Source: Minisyncoccota bacterium
Lineage (GTDB): Bacteria; Patescibacteriota; Minisyncoccia; Phycocordibacterales; Zambryskibacteraceae
NCBI GenBank assembly: GCA_020059045.1
Contig: JAGVCW010000021.1
Coordinates: 27,821 to 91,820, forward strand
Length of the DNA stretch: 64,000 nt
Direction: 5' to 3'
This document shows positions 56,285 to 63,990 of this stretch, piece by piece. Made by a program: the position numbers and the translations under genes. A model generated the notes under the pieces. That model was given only the letters and a program-made list of their open reading frames with translations, made no database searches and was not told the DNA's origin. How positions within the stretch are numbered: the first letter of the stretch is position 1; each line of letters starts with the position of its first letter.

Positions 56285-57073
56285 TCAAAAACTTAAGAAC
56301 TCAGGTTTCTGTCTAAATGCAGCTGACAAACCGACGGATTTACCGCGGTAGTCGTCGCTATAGCTGGTGATAGCGAGACCTCGATGATCAAAGTCGCCAA
56401 CAGCGACACGGGCACCGAATGAGTCGACATTGATGCAACGAACGTAGATCCCTTCAAACAAGCGCTCATCGGTGGCAAGAAAGTGACCGATTATGGTGTA
56501 AACCATGATCTGAGCAGTCGGGAGTTCCTCGTTTTTTGAAAGGAGTGCCAACTGGCCTTCCAAGGTTTCCCAGACTGAGTTGGGAATTGGTTCCTTGCGG
56601 ACCAACTGCCATGTGGGTATACCTTTGTCTGCCGCGAACGGCAGCTTTTTATACCAGTTCATGCTGTAAAGCAGGGTTTGGTCGGGCAGGTTCTTATCAA
56701 CGCCATGGATGTCGAGAATAGACAGTGGGAAAACTGCAACGAGAATGTGCGTATCCTTACAGGATTCGAGCACACTCTTTTTGAACGGAATTTCGCCGAG
56801 ATCGGAAAGCTGTTGCTTCGTGGCTTTAACCCCGAAGTACTTGATCGCCTCCTCGATACCGAAGAAGTTCCTTCCCATGATCACTCGTGCAAGTATCTGT
56901 GATTCGGAAGGTTCATAACCACCGCTGATCATGAATCGTGCAACTTTTCCCACGAATTCAGGGTCCGTATTGAGGCGGTCGGCGACTTCGTCAGCGTTGT
57001 TCCTGAAAGCCCTCCATAAGCGTTGATTGGCGGCATTGATGTCACCATGGGGGACTTGAGTCCATACTTTCAT
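56285..57073 (-). CDS. Orphan protein (262 aa)
   Basis: I set the start to ATG 57073 after AAAGGTG. TTGCTT-17-TATAAT on the minus strand near 57250-57290. The leader contains a 12-bp inverted repeat. Confidence 0.5.
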   Translation of the reverse strand: MKVWTQVPHGDINAANQRLWRAFRNNADEVADRLNTDPEFVGKVARFMISGGYEPSESQILARVIMGRNFFGIEEAIKYFGVKATKQQLSDLGEIPFKKSVLESCKDTHILVAVFPLSILDIHGVDKNLPDQTLLYSMNWYKKLPFAADKGIPTWQLVRKEPIPNSVWETLEGQLALLSKNEELPTAQIMVYTIIGHFLATDERLFEGIYVRCINVDSFGARVAVGDFDHRGLAITSYSDDYRGKSVGLSAAFRQKPEFLSF

Positions 57074-57439
57074 GTTTTTCACCTTTTCTGTTAGCCTTTT
57101 TGAAGTTATCTTGAAGGCGACTAGAAAGTGGGAATACGATCCCGGTTTACGTCTTGCCTCGGATGAGACAAGCTTTTTAAGTCCTAATATTTTAAGGCCC
57201 AGAAAGCTTGTCTCACTTGAGTTTTGTATGAAGAGCAGTTGTTTATGTTCTTTTTGTATTATACTATATATGAGCTTAAAAAGCAAGGGCTATTTCCGGC
57301 CTATAAATATGCCGTTTTTTGGTTGTAATATGTCTTGACATGTATGTTATAATATGCTATGTTGCAAGTGGATTCAGCGGTATGTCCTTGGGCAATTTCG
57401 CTTCAGGGGTGAGTCGCTGACCAAAACAAGGAGCTAGGC

Positions 57440-58015
57440 ATGTCATTTGGAAAAGATTACCGTCTCGTTGGTGAAGCTACAGTGACCGGAGAGAAGTTTG
57501 GTGCTGGAACAACCTTCTGGTCATCTCTTGTACATACCGACATTATCGGTCGGATCAGGCTGATGGTTGAACACTACGCCATTGTTGGGAAGTACATTGG
57601 TCAGCCACTGGTCTATGATCGGGAAGAGCTCATTGCATGGCTCACTGATCGATCTAGCAACTGTCTCAAGTGTTACCCGTATTACGTGGATGATGAGAAA
57701 ATGTTAATAACGGACCAACCCCGTTTCATTTCCGAGTTTTTTTCCAAAATGAAGGAAATCGGGCTCGGGTGGATGGAGTTCCGGCTGTATTACGGTAGGC
57801 TAATCGACAAGTATTTTCAAAGAAATACCAAGTCCCTCGAATCCGATTGGGATGAGAAGGAAATCTTTCGCTCAGAACCGCGTCCTGGGGCACTCTTCGA
57901 TGATTGCATAACTCCCCAACGCTTCGTTGATGTTCTGGATGAGATCGTAGCGAACCGGCGACGGATACACGAGCTTCCTGTTGCACGGGCTGTGCCCACG
58001 TATAGCTATAAGTAA
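57440..58015 (+). CDS. Orphan protein (191 aa)
   Basis: ATG follows AAGGAG, with TTGACA at 57335 upstream. A strong terminator follows. Confidence 0.5.
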   Translation: MSFGKDYRLVGEATVTGEKFGAGTTFWSSLVHTDIIGRIRLMVEHYAIVGKYIGQPLVYDREELIAWLTDRSSNCLKCYPYYVDDEKMLITDQPRFISEFFSKMKEIGLGWMEFRLYYGRLIDKYFQRNTKSLESDWDEKEIFRSEPRPGALFDDCITPQRFVDVLDEIVANRRRIHELPVARAVPTYSYK

Positions 58016-58053
58016 AATCGTACTCGGCGAAATCGAGTAGAGAAATCATATCG

Positions 58054-58083
58054 GTCGGTAGGCCAAAAACCTACCGACTTTTT
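58054..58083 (+). terminator. Intrinsic terminator
   Basis: GTCGGTAGG / CCTACCGAC stem followed by TTTTT. Confidence 0.75.
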
Positions 58084-58099
58084 CATGTAAATTTATTTT

Positions 58100-58560
58100 G
58101 AGAGAGAGTGGGAATTTCTCCCTCGACTCAAAATTGTTTCATTTTACTTAAAATAGATTGAAAAGGGATTCGGTCACAGATAATTTTCTGTTGAAAAAGT
58201 TCACCCCACAAGTTTTTGCATACTTGCAAAACTTGCAGGCCCACCTCAGCTCGACAGCTTCCGGTCTTGCGAAAGCTTCAACTATTCGCTTTCTCACCCC
58301 GCCTCGCGCCGTCGCGCTCCGGCTTTCGAATCCCACCTCTCACGCGCCGACGTCCGACTCGAACAGCACATTTGGCTGTTCTTTCCGGTCGTTGCGGAGA
58401 CGATGCCCGGAACTTTGAACCAAAAATACGGCTCAAATTCGAGGATCTTGATAAAAGTATACAGAAACTAAGAGCTATCTACAAAGTCCACCCTGAATGG
58501 TTTGAAGTACCAAAACCCAAATCAACCAAAGGTAAGAACGAGGTAGACTATTCGATTTAG
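58100..58560 (+). repeat. Composite tRNA-Ser-debris plus coding-fragment module, copy 1
   Basis: Contains GAGAGAGTGGGAATT (antisense tRNA-Ser 3' remnant), a 36-nt block at 58167-58202, and TTCGAATCCCAC (58325-58336). A conserved 53-codon segment at 58396-58554 ends in TAG at 58558. Confidence 0.8.
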
Positions 58561-58570
58561 CACTGGTTAT

Positions 58571-59497
58571 TTAGTAACTTTGTGCAAGAGTATTATCAAA
58601 TACATGCTCGTATCTTTCGGGCGAACCAAATCCATGCTCATCAAAATCATCAAGTAAATCTTTTAGCGGAAATGACCTGGCGCCATCTTTTCTCCTGACT
58701 ATGCAGCGACCACCTTGTTTAGTACCAAAAGGATGCCTTTGAGGACTGACCACATCTTCTTGGATATAAGGCTTAGAAAAGACCTCTTTATTAAAGTAAG
58801 CAATGACTTTCTTGTGAACCGTATCTAAATAATTCTTTCCTGAATCATCCCCGTTGAAATATTCCCCATGCACCAATCGATTTCTTAACCCATTTTCATC
58901 TGCAAATATTTCTGTTGCTAAATCCTCACCTAAAATCTTTGTATATAAATTTATTGACTTTTTGAATACAGATTTATTCCTTTTCCGAGCCATTGCTTCC
59001 ATTGCAGAAAACATCAAAAGAAGTTTTGCAGAATAACCTGAAGCGTTTACAGCGTCATTCCAGTAATGATAGAAGGGTTCTGGAATTTCCTCATGTTTTA
59101 GGAGTTCTACTAGACCGTCTCGTTCTTTCTCCATAAACATCAACCCTCCTGATTTCACATCTTGACTGTACTCAAAAAACGCAATGTCTCTACTGAGATC
59201 ATGAACTATAAAAGGTTCTCTTGTGAATTCTATGTACGACTGACAAATTAATGATATGCGTGGAATGAGTTTGTTCAACCTTGCTCTAAAAACATTTATT
59301 GCGTCTATAAAGTTTTCAGCTTCAATTTCACAGGTTGCAATCCAAGCATCTGAATCTTTCCAGCCATCTCTAAAATTAAAGTCACAATGGGAAAATTCCA
59401 AACCTTCAATTTCAAACGAAGCAGGTTTTTCTTTCACCTCCATTACTGCGCAATGAGCAAGTGTGAGAATTTTATGTTCTATTCTGTATTTTTTCAT
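58571..59497 (-). CDS. Orphan protein with a HEPN-like RNxxxH motif (putative RNase or Abi-type)
   Basis: GLRNRLVHGEY sits in a helical C-terminal half, after a beta-rich N-terminal half. The start codon abuts the guaA stop (TAAATG). Confidence 0.4.
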   Translation of the reverse strand: MKKYRIEHKILTLAHCAVMEVKEKPASFEIEGLEFSHCDFNFRDGWKDSDAWIATCEIEAENFIDAINVFRARLNKLIPRISLICQSYIEFTREPFIVHDLSRDIAFFEYSQDVKSGGLMFMEKERDGLVELLKHEEIPEPFYHYWNDAVNASGYSAKLLLMFSAMEAMARKRNKSVFKKSINLYTKILGEDLATEIFADENGLRNRLVHGEYFNGDDSGKNYLDTVHKKVIAYFNKEVFSKPYIQEDVVSPQRHPFGTKQGGRCIVRRKDGARSFPLKDLLDDFDEHGFGSPERYEHVFDNTLAQSY

Positions 59498-61030
59498 TTA
59501 TTCGTACTCAATTGTAGCTGGAGGCTTTTGAGTAATATCGTAAAGAACGCGATTTACCCCTCGCACCTTGCCGATAATCGCGCTGGATATTTTTTCCAGC
59601 AGCTCATTTGGGATTTTGTGCCAGTCAGCACTCATACCATCTATCGAATCAACTGCGCGAAGCGCGATCACGTATTCATACGTACGACCATCGCCCATAA
59701 CACCTACCACTTTAACTGGCAGTAGTGCGGCAAAGGCCTGCCAGATCTTTTCGTACTCTCCTGCTTTGCGTAGCTCCTCAATAAATACCGAATCAGCTTC
59801 GCGGAGGATTTGAAGCCGCTCTTCGGTGATTTCTCCGACAATACGTACTGCAAGTCCTGGACCTGGGAATGGATGCCTCCAGAGAAGTTCTCTTGGAAGT
59901 CCTAGAGTTAAACCTACGCGACGCACTTCATCTTTGTACAAATCCTTTATGGGCTCAAGTATTTTGAAGCCCATCTTTTCGGGAAGCGTGAGGTTGTGAT
60001 GGCTCTTGATTTTCGCTACCGTTTTAGATGTTGAAGCAGACTCAATACGGTCGGGATAAATAGTACCTTGAGCTAAATATGCGATTGTATGTTTTTTGAG
60101 TTCATTTTTAATTGCTTTCTCAAACACTTCAATAAAGCTGTGGCCGATGATTTTACGTTTCTGCTCTGGGTCGGAAATGCCCTTTAAGCGTTTTAAGAAG
60201 AGAGGGCTTGCATCTATGACATGTAGTTGTCTGAAGCCATTTTTGCGTAGGTATGAAGCTACTTGTTCAACCTCCCCCTTACGAAGAAGCCCTGTATCGA
60301 CAAAGACTGCATGTAGGCGATTGCCAATGGTCCTATGGATAAGTGTAGCTGCTACCAGTGAATCGACGCCGCCTGAAATACCCACAACTACGTGCCTGTC
60401 TCCAACCTCATTTTTAACCTCCGCGACGATATTTTCTGTCACTGAGTTAATCCTCCAGTTCTTTTTGGCTTTACATATTGAGAATAGGAAGTTCTTAAGT
60501 AATTTTTCTCCATGCTGAGTATGGGTGACCTCTGGATGGAACTGGATGCCGTAGAAGTTGTTTTGTAAATCAGCAAAAGCAGCATATTTGCAGCCAATAG
60601 TAGATGCTGTCTGTTTAAACCCCTTAGGCAAAGCTGATACTTGGTCACCATGCGAGAACCACACAACTTCTTTTGAGGAGAGCGTCTGGAAAATTCCGCT
60701 CTTGTTTTTGATTGCAAGATTTTCTTTGCCGAACTCTCGATGTTTCCCTTTGGCAACCTTGCCACCAAGCATTTGCGCCATGACTTGATGCCCGTAGCAG
60801 ATGCCAAGAACTGGAATACCGATTTTGAATATTGGTTTGTCGGGTCTAGGACTACCTTTTTCTAGGACTGATGCAGGGCCACCTGAAAGGATGATACCAA
60901 CAGGATTATGTTTCTGTATTTCAGAAGCAGGAGTATCAAAAGGCAAAATCTCGGCTTTTACACCGAGATCCCGCACGCGTCTTGCAATGAGATGGGCAAA
61001 CTGGCTTCCGAAATTGAGGATTATGACCAT
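59498..61030 (-). CDS. guaA: GMP synthase (glutamine-hydrolysing)
   Basis: GATase region (GICYGHQ), the ATP-PPase SGGVDS loop, and C-terminal ..PPATIEYE. I set the start to ATG 61030. Confidence 0.95.
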   Translation of the reverse strand: MVIILNFGSQFAHLIARRVRDLGVKAEILPFDTPASEIQKHNPVGIILSGGPASVLEKGSPRPDKPIFKIGIPVLGICYGHQVMAQMLGGKVAKGKHREFGKENLAIKNKSGIFQTLSSKEVVWFSHGDQVSALPKGFKQTASTIGCKYAAFADLQNNFYGIQFHPEVTHTQHGEKLLKNFLFSICKAKKNWRINSVTENIVAEVKNEVGDRHVVVGISGGVDSLVAATLIHRTIGNRLHAVFVDTGLLRKGEVEQVASYLRKNGFRQLHVIDASPLFLKRLKGISDPEQKRKIIGHSFIEVFEKAIKNELKKHTIAYLAQGTIYPDRIESASTSKTVAKIKSHHNLTLPEKMGFKILEPIKDLYKDEVRRVGLTLGLPRELLWRHPFPGPGLAVRIVGEITEERLQILREADSVFIEELRKAGEYEKIWQAFAALLPVKVVGVMGDGRTYEYVIALRAVDSIDGMSADWHKIPNELLEKISSAIIGKVRGVNRVLYDITQKPPATIEYE

Positions 61031-61079
61031 AGTAAATAATATCACTAATTATTGGCCAAACGAACCTTATTTTACCTTG

Positions 61080-61106
61080 GTTCAAAGTTGCCAATCTGGC
61101 GGAGAG
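61080..61106. repeat. 27-bp att-like core, copy 1 (tRNA-Ser 3' end plus 17 nt of downstream flank)
   Basis: GTTCAAAGTTGCCAATCTGGCGGAGAG is identical to 62654-62680. Confidence 0.9.
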
Positions 61107-61186
61107 AGTGGGATTCGAACCCACGGTTCCGGTAAAGGAACGACGGTTTAGTAAACCGTTGATTTAAACCACTCATCCATCTCTCC
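61097..61186 (-). tRNA. Class II tRNA (Ser-type long variable arm); anticodon loop UUACUAA reads ACU
   Basis: GGAGAGA tg GAT gagtggtttaa ATC a ACGGT TTACTAA ACCGT, variable arm cGTTCCtttaccGGAACc, GTGGG ttcgaat CCCAC TCTCTCC g CCA. Confidence 0.8.
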
Positions 61187-61258
61187 ATATATTTACTTCG
61201 CTCAAATGGAGGCGCATACGCGCATCGGTGGACTCGTGGTCAGCTTTAAGGCCGGCTT

Positions 61259-61302
61259 GGATAGAAGCAGTTCTATCCTTCGCCCATCTCATCCGTCTCT
61301 CC
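61259..61302 (-). pseudogene. Decayed tRNA-Ser(GCU)-like 5' half
   Basis: GGAGAGACGGATGAGATGGGCGAAGG mirrors the acceptor and D-arm of the neighbouring tRNA. TAGAA-CTGC-TTCTA looks like a GCU anticodon arm with a shortened loop. There is no T-arm. Confidence 0.5.
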
Positions 61303-61358
61303 ATTGTTCAGGTAAGAAGTATACCTTGTGAATGAAAAGTGTTAAATATAGTTTATAT

Positions 61359-61634
61359 CTAGTCGGAAAAGAGAATACTTCTTAATTTATTGTATTCCTC
61401 TTCATTAAGTTTGTACTCTTGAACAACAAAGTGGGCAAAGGCATCTCCTGCCCAATTATCTATGCCTGGGCGGATTTCTCCTTTTTGAAAAGCTTCTACA
61501 AACTGAGGGAAGTTCTCAGAAGGTGACGTGGGGTAACTCTCAAGTAACCTGCGAGCAATTTTCTCTCTAATTTCAGCTAAAAATGCTCTGCTCTCTACAT
61601 CGGGACGTTCTTTTTTAGGTTGTTCTGGAGTCAT
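61359..61634 (-). CDS. Small hypothetical protein
   Basis: 91-codon ATG ORF. No motif. Confidence 0.45.
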   Translation of the reverse strand: MTPEQPKKERPDVESRAFLAEIREKIARRLLESYPTSPSENFPQFVEAFQKGEIRPGIDNWAGDAFAHFVVQEYKLNEEEYNKLRSILFSD

Positions 61635-61712
61635 GATGAAAATTATATATGAATTGGTCGTAATTTGTAATTAATCTTCAAGACTTTTGAACTTAAATTA
61701 AAGTTTAGAACC

Positions 61713-62261
61713 TTATTCTAAAGTATATTCCCATCCCGGCTTCCAAGATTTTGTTTTTCGCCAATCTTCAGCAAGTGCCTGCTTCCAAGTCTTTCCTTTA
61801 AGCAAAACATCGAGTGAAAGCTGTGGGGCTTTATGGCCAACAATCGCAATATTTTTCCCATCATAATTTTGCTTTAGAAATTCGAGAAAATCAGCAATGC
61901 GAGCTTTTACGTCTTCATAACTTTCACCTTCGGGAAAGGATTTTTCGATACACTCTTCCTCCTGCATTGGCTCAACAATATCTGAAGAAGCGCCGTTCAA
62001 TTTTCCGTAGTTACATTCACGCAATCTCGCGTCGGGGATGATTTGGTATATGTCTTCCCATGCAAGCTTTGCAGAATCATAAGCACGTTTTAGGTCAGAG
62101 CAGAAAACCACATCAAATTTCTGATCTTTGGTTTGGTCTTTGAGTGCGATTGATTGCTGTACGCCAAGTTCTGAAAGTTCAACATCCTTCCAGCCGGAAG
62201 AAATATGCTGCTCGTTGTCAGTTGTGGTGCCGTGTACGAAATAAGTAATTTTGATTGCCAT
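61713..62261 (-). CDS. Histidine-phosphatase (PGAM-like) family protein
   Basis: ITYFVHGTTTDNE.. N-terminus and a later ..VGHKAP.. context. I set the start to ATG 62261. Confidence 0.6.
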   Translation of the reverse strand: MAIKITYFVHGTTTDNEQHISSGWKDVELSELGVQQSIALKDQTKDQKFDVVFCSDLKRAYDSAKLAWEDIYQIIPDARLRECNYGKLNGASSDIVEPMQEEECIEKSFPEGESYEDVKARIADFLEFLKQNYDGKNIAIVGHKAPQLSLDVLLKGKTWKQALAEDWRKTKSWKPGWEYTLE

Positions 62262-62265
62262 AAGA

Positions 62266-62622
62266 TTAGGATAATTTACTTCCAAGTATTACCGAGTCGC
62301 TTTTAGGCTCAATGAGTACCCATCCATCACCTGCACTATTTTTAAAACCAAGAGTGAGAACTTCTGACCTAAATGGACCAACTTGCTTGGGTGGAAAATT
62401 AACAACACAACACACAAGCGAATTCAGAAGCTCTTCCTTGGTATGTGCTCCTACTGCCTGAACGCTCGATTGTTTTATTCCAATTTCAGTACCGAAATCG
62501 ATCTTGAGCTTATATGCAGGCTTTCGGGCTTCTGGAAAATCGGAAACCTCGACAATTTTACCAACTCGAATATCGACTTTTTCAAAATCGTCAAATGTTA
62601 TGGTTTTAGGTTTGTTGTCCAT
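62266..62622 (-). CDS. CsaA/Trbp111-like tRNA-binding-domain protein
   Basis: FEKVDIRVGKIVEVSDFPEARKPAYKLKIDFG..VCCVVNFPPKQVGPFRSEVLTLG is the OB-fold tRNA-binding pattern. Confidence 0.8.
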   Translation of the reverse strand: MDNKPKTITFDDFEKVDIRVGKIVEVSDFPEARKPAYKLKIDFGTEIGIKQSSVQAVGAHTKEELLNSLVCCVVNFPPKQVGPFRSEVLTLGFKNSAGDGWVLIEPKSDSVILGSKLS

Positions 62623-62653
62623 AATTTGTTCAAAATGGCCTTACTTTGCTTAA

Positions 62654-63073
62654 GTTCAAAGTTGCCAATCTGGCGGAGAGGGAAGAATGATTCGGTCACG
62701 AATCTTTTTCTGTTGAAAAAGTTCTCGACCTGGATTTCGAATCTGTTTCGAGTCTTACAGACTCTGTACACCTTTCGTATCGTGCTCGTAAACTGCGCGC
62801 GATGTACTCAAGGTTTTCGAATCTCCCACGTCCCGCTGTGGTGGGACTCCTCTCTCGCAAAATCACATCCCTTAAGAAGGGATAGATTTTGGCGGGGATG
62901 ATGCTCGGAACTTTGAACCTAAAACACGGCTCACGTTCGAGAATCTTGATAAAAGTATACAGAAACTAAGGGCTATCTACAAAGTCCACCCTGAATGGTT
63001 TGAAGTTCCTAAGCCGAAATCAGATAAAGGCAGGAATGAGGTTGATTACACTGAGCTTAACCAACCTTCATGA
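62654..63073 (+). repeat. Composite tRNA-Ser-debris plus coding-fragment module, copy 2
   Basis: Starts with the 27-bp att-like core. Then a 36-nt block (62689-62724), TTCGAATC-T-CCCAC (62816-62829), and the conserved coding segment at 62894-63052, open from 62876 to TGA 63071 with no ATG/GTG/TTG. Confidence 0.8.
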
Positions 63074-63990
63074 GCAGAATCGGCTGCTTTCGTATTGTCG
63101 AAAATAGAGTCAATGCGACGGATTATCGGAGCGTCGAGTGCAGAACCAACGTGCAAGAGAAATTCTTTTGTCGTTTCTAATATTAACTGTGCAATTGGCA
63201 GTATTTGTTGAGGTCTTGGGCGCCCCCATTCAAATTTTGGACTGAATCCTTGATCGCTGTATTCAAGATGATGGTCTAAAATGTCCGTCCAGTTACCATG
63301 AATGCTACGAGAACTACCGCCGTAAAGAGCAAGATACGTAGACTCAAGTCCTACGTCCCTAGTTCTCTCATAGAAGTTTTTATTTCCCCATTCTTTCGGT
63401 TGGTTTGGTAATACATCATCAATTTTTATTCCTGACTTCCTCGCGACTTTTTCAATAGATGAGAGCATTCGGTGCTCAATGTGTAAACTTATTCCTTTTC
63501 TATTTTCAATGTTTTTTGAAATTAAATCTCGTAATTTTCTCTCATTGCGTAATGCGTATTTTACGTATGAGTCGAACAGTTCTGTTGAATCATTTTTAAT
63601 TAAAAACTTTATGTTTACTACGTTTTCAAATAGAAGACGCGAAATAATAAAAACGACTTCTTGCCGTTTTTGACAAATTTGATCTAAATGAGCAGATAAG
63701 AGTTTGGAAAGACGTACAAAGTTGCCACCAATGATAGCTTGATCTCGAGTCCACTTCTTTGAGTCCGGGGGCAATACACCAGCAGCGAGCGCTACTATTG
63801 AAGCTGTTTCTTTCATCAGCTCTACTGACAGATGCATAAAATCGTCTTCGTTCTTTAGAGAATCAAGCTGTTCAGGAGTTATTTCGATGTGATTGATGGT
63901 CTCGAGTATCTCACCAATATCCGCTAATTCAGTTTCTTTACTTTCATTCATGAATGTCGTGCTTACCGTCGTTATAAAGTTTACGACCAT
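63046..63990 (-). CDS. Orphan helical protein, possibly Abi-like
   Basis: 314-codon ORF whose 3' end overlaps module copy 2 convergently by 28 nt. NRKGISLH fits Rx5H and GGSSRSIHGNW is also present. I cannot place the family. Confidence 0.45.
   Translation of the reverse strand: MVVNFITTVSTTFMNESKETELADIGEILETINHIEITPEQLDSLKNEDDFMHLSVELMKETASIVALAAGVLPPDSKKWTRDQAIIGGNFVRLSKLLSAHLDQICQKRQEVVFIISRLLFENVVNIKFLIKNDSTELFDSYVKYALRNERKLRDLISKNIENRKGISLHIEHRMLSSIEKVARKSGIKIDDVLPNQPKEWGNKNFYERTRDVGLESTYLALYGGSSRSIHGNWTDILDHHLEYSDQGFSPKFEWGRPRPQQILPIAQLILETTKEFLLHVGSALDAPIIRRIDSIFDNTKAADSAHEGWLSSV

Noticed and set aside
58216-58560. 114-aa ORF treated as a complete gene in module copy 1.
   Set aside because: Only its last 55 or so codons are conserved in copy 2. 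The Arg-rich N-terminal part overlies tRNA debris, and the same frame is closed by TAA at 62873 in copy 2.
62383-62901. 172-aa plus-strand ORF.
   Set aside because: It is antisense to the well-supported CsaA-like gene and runs through the att core and module. The product is low-complexity and has no start context.
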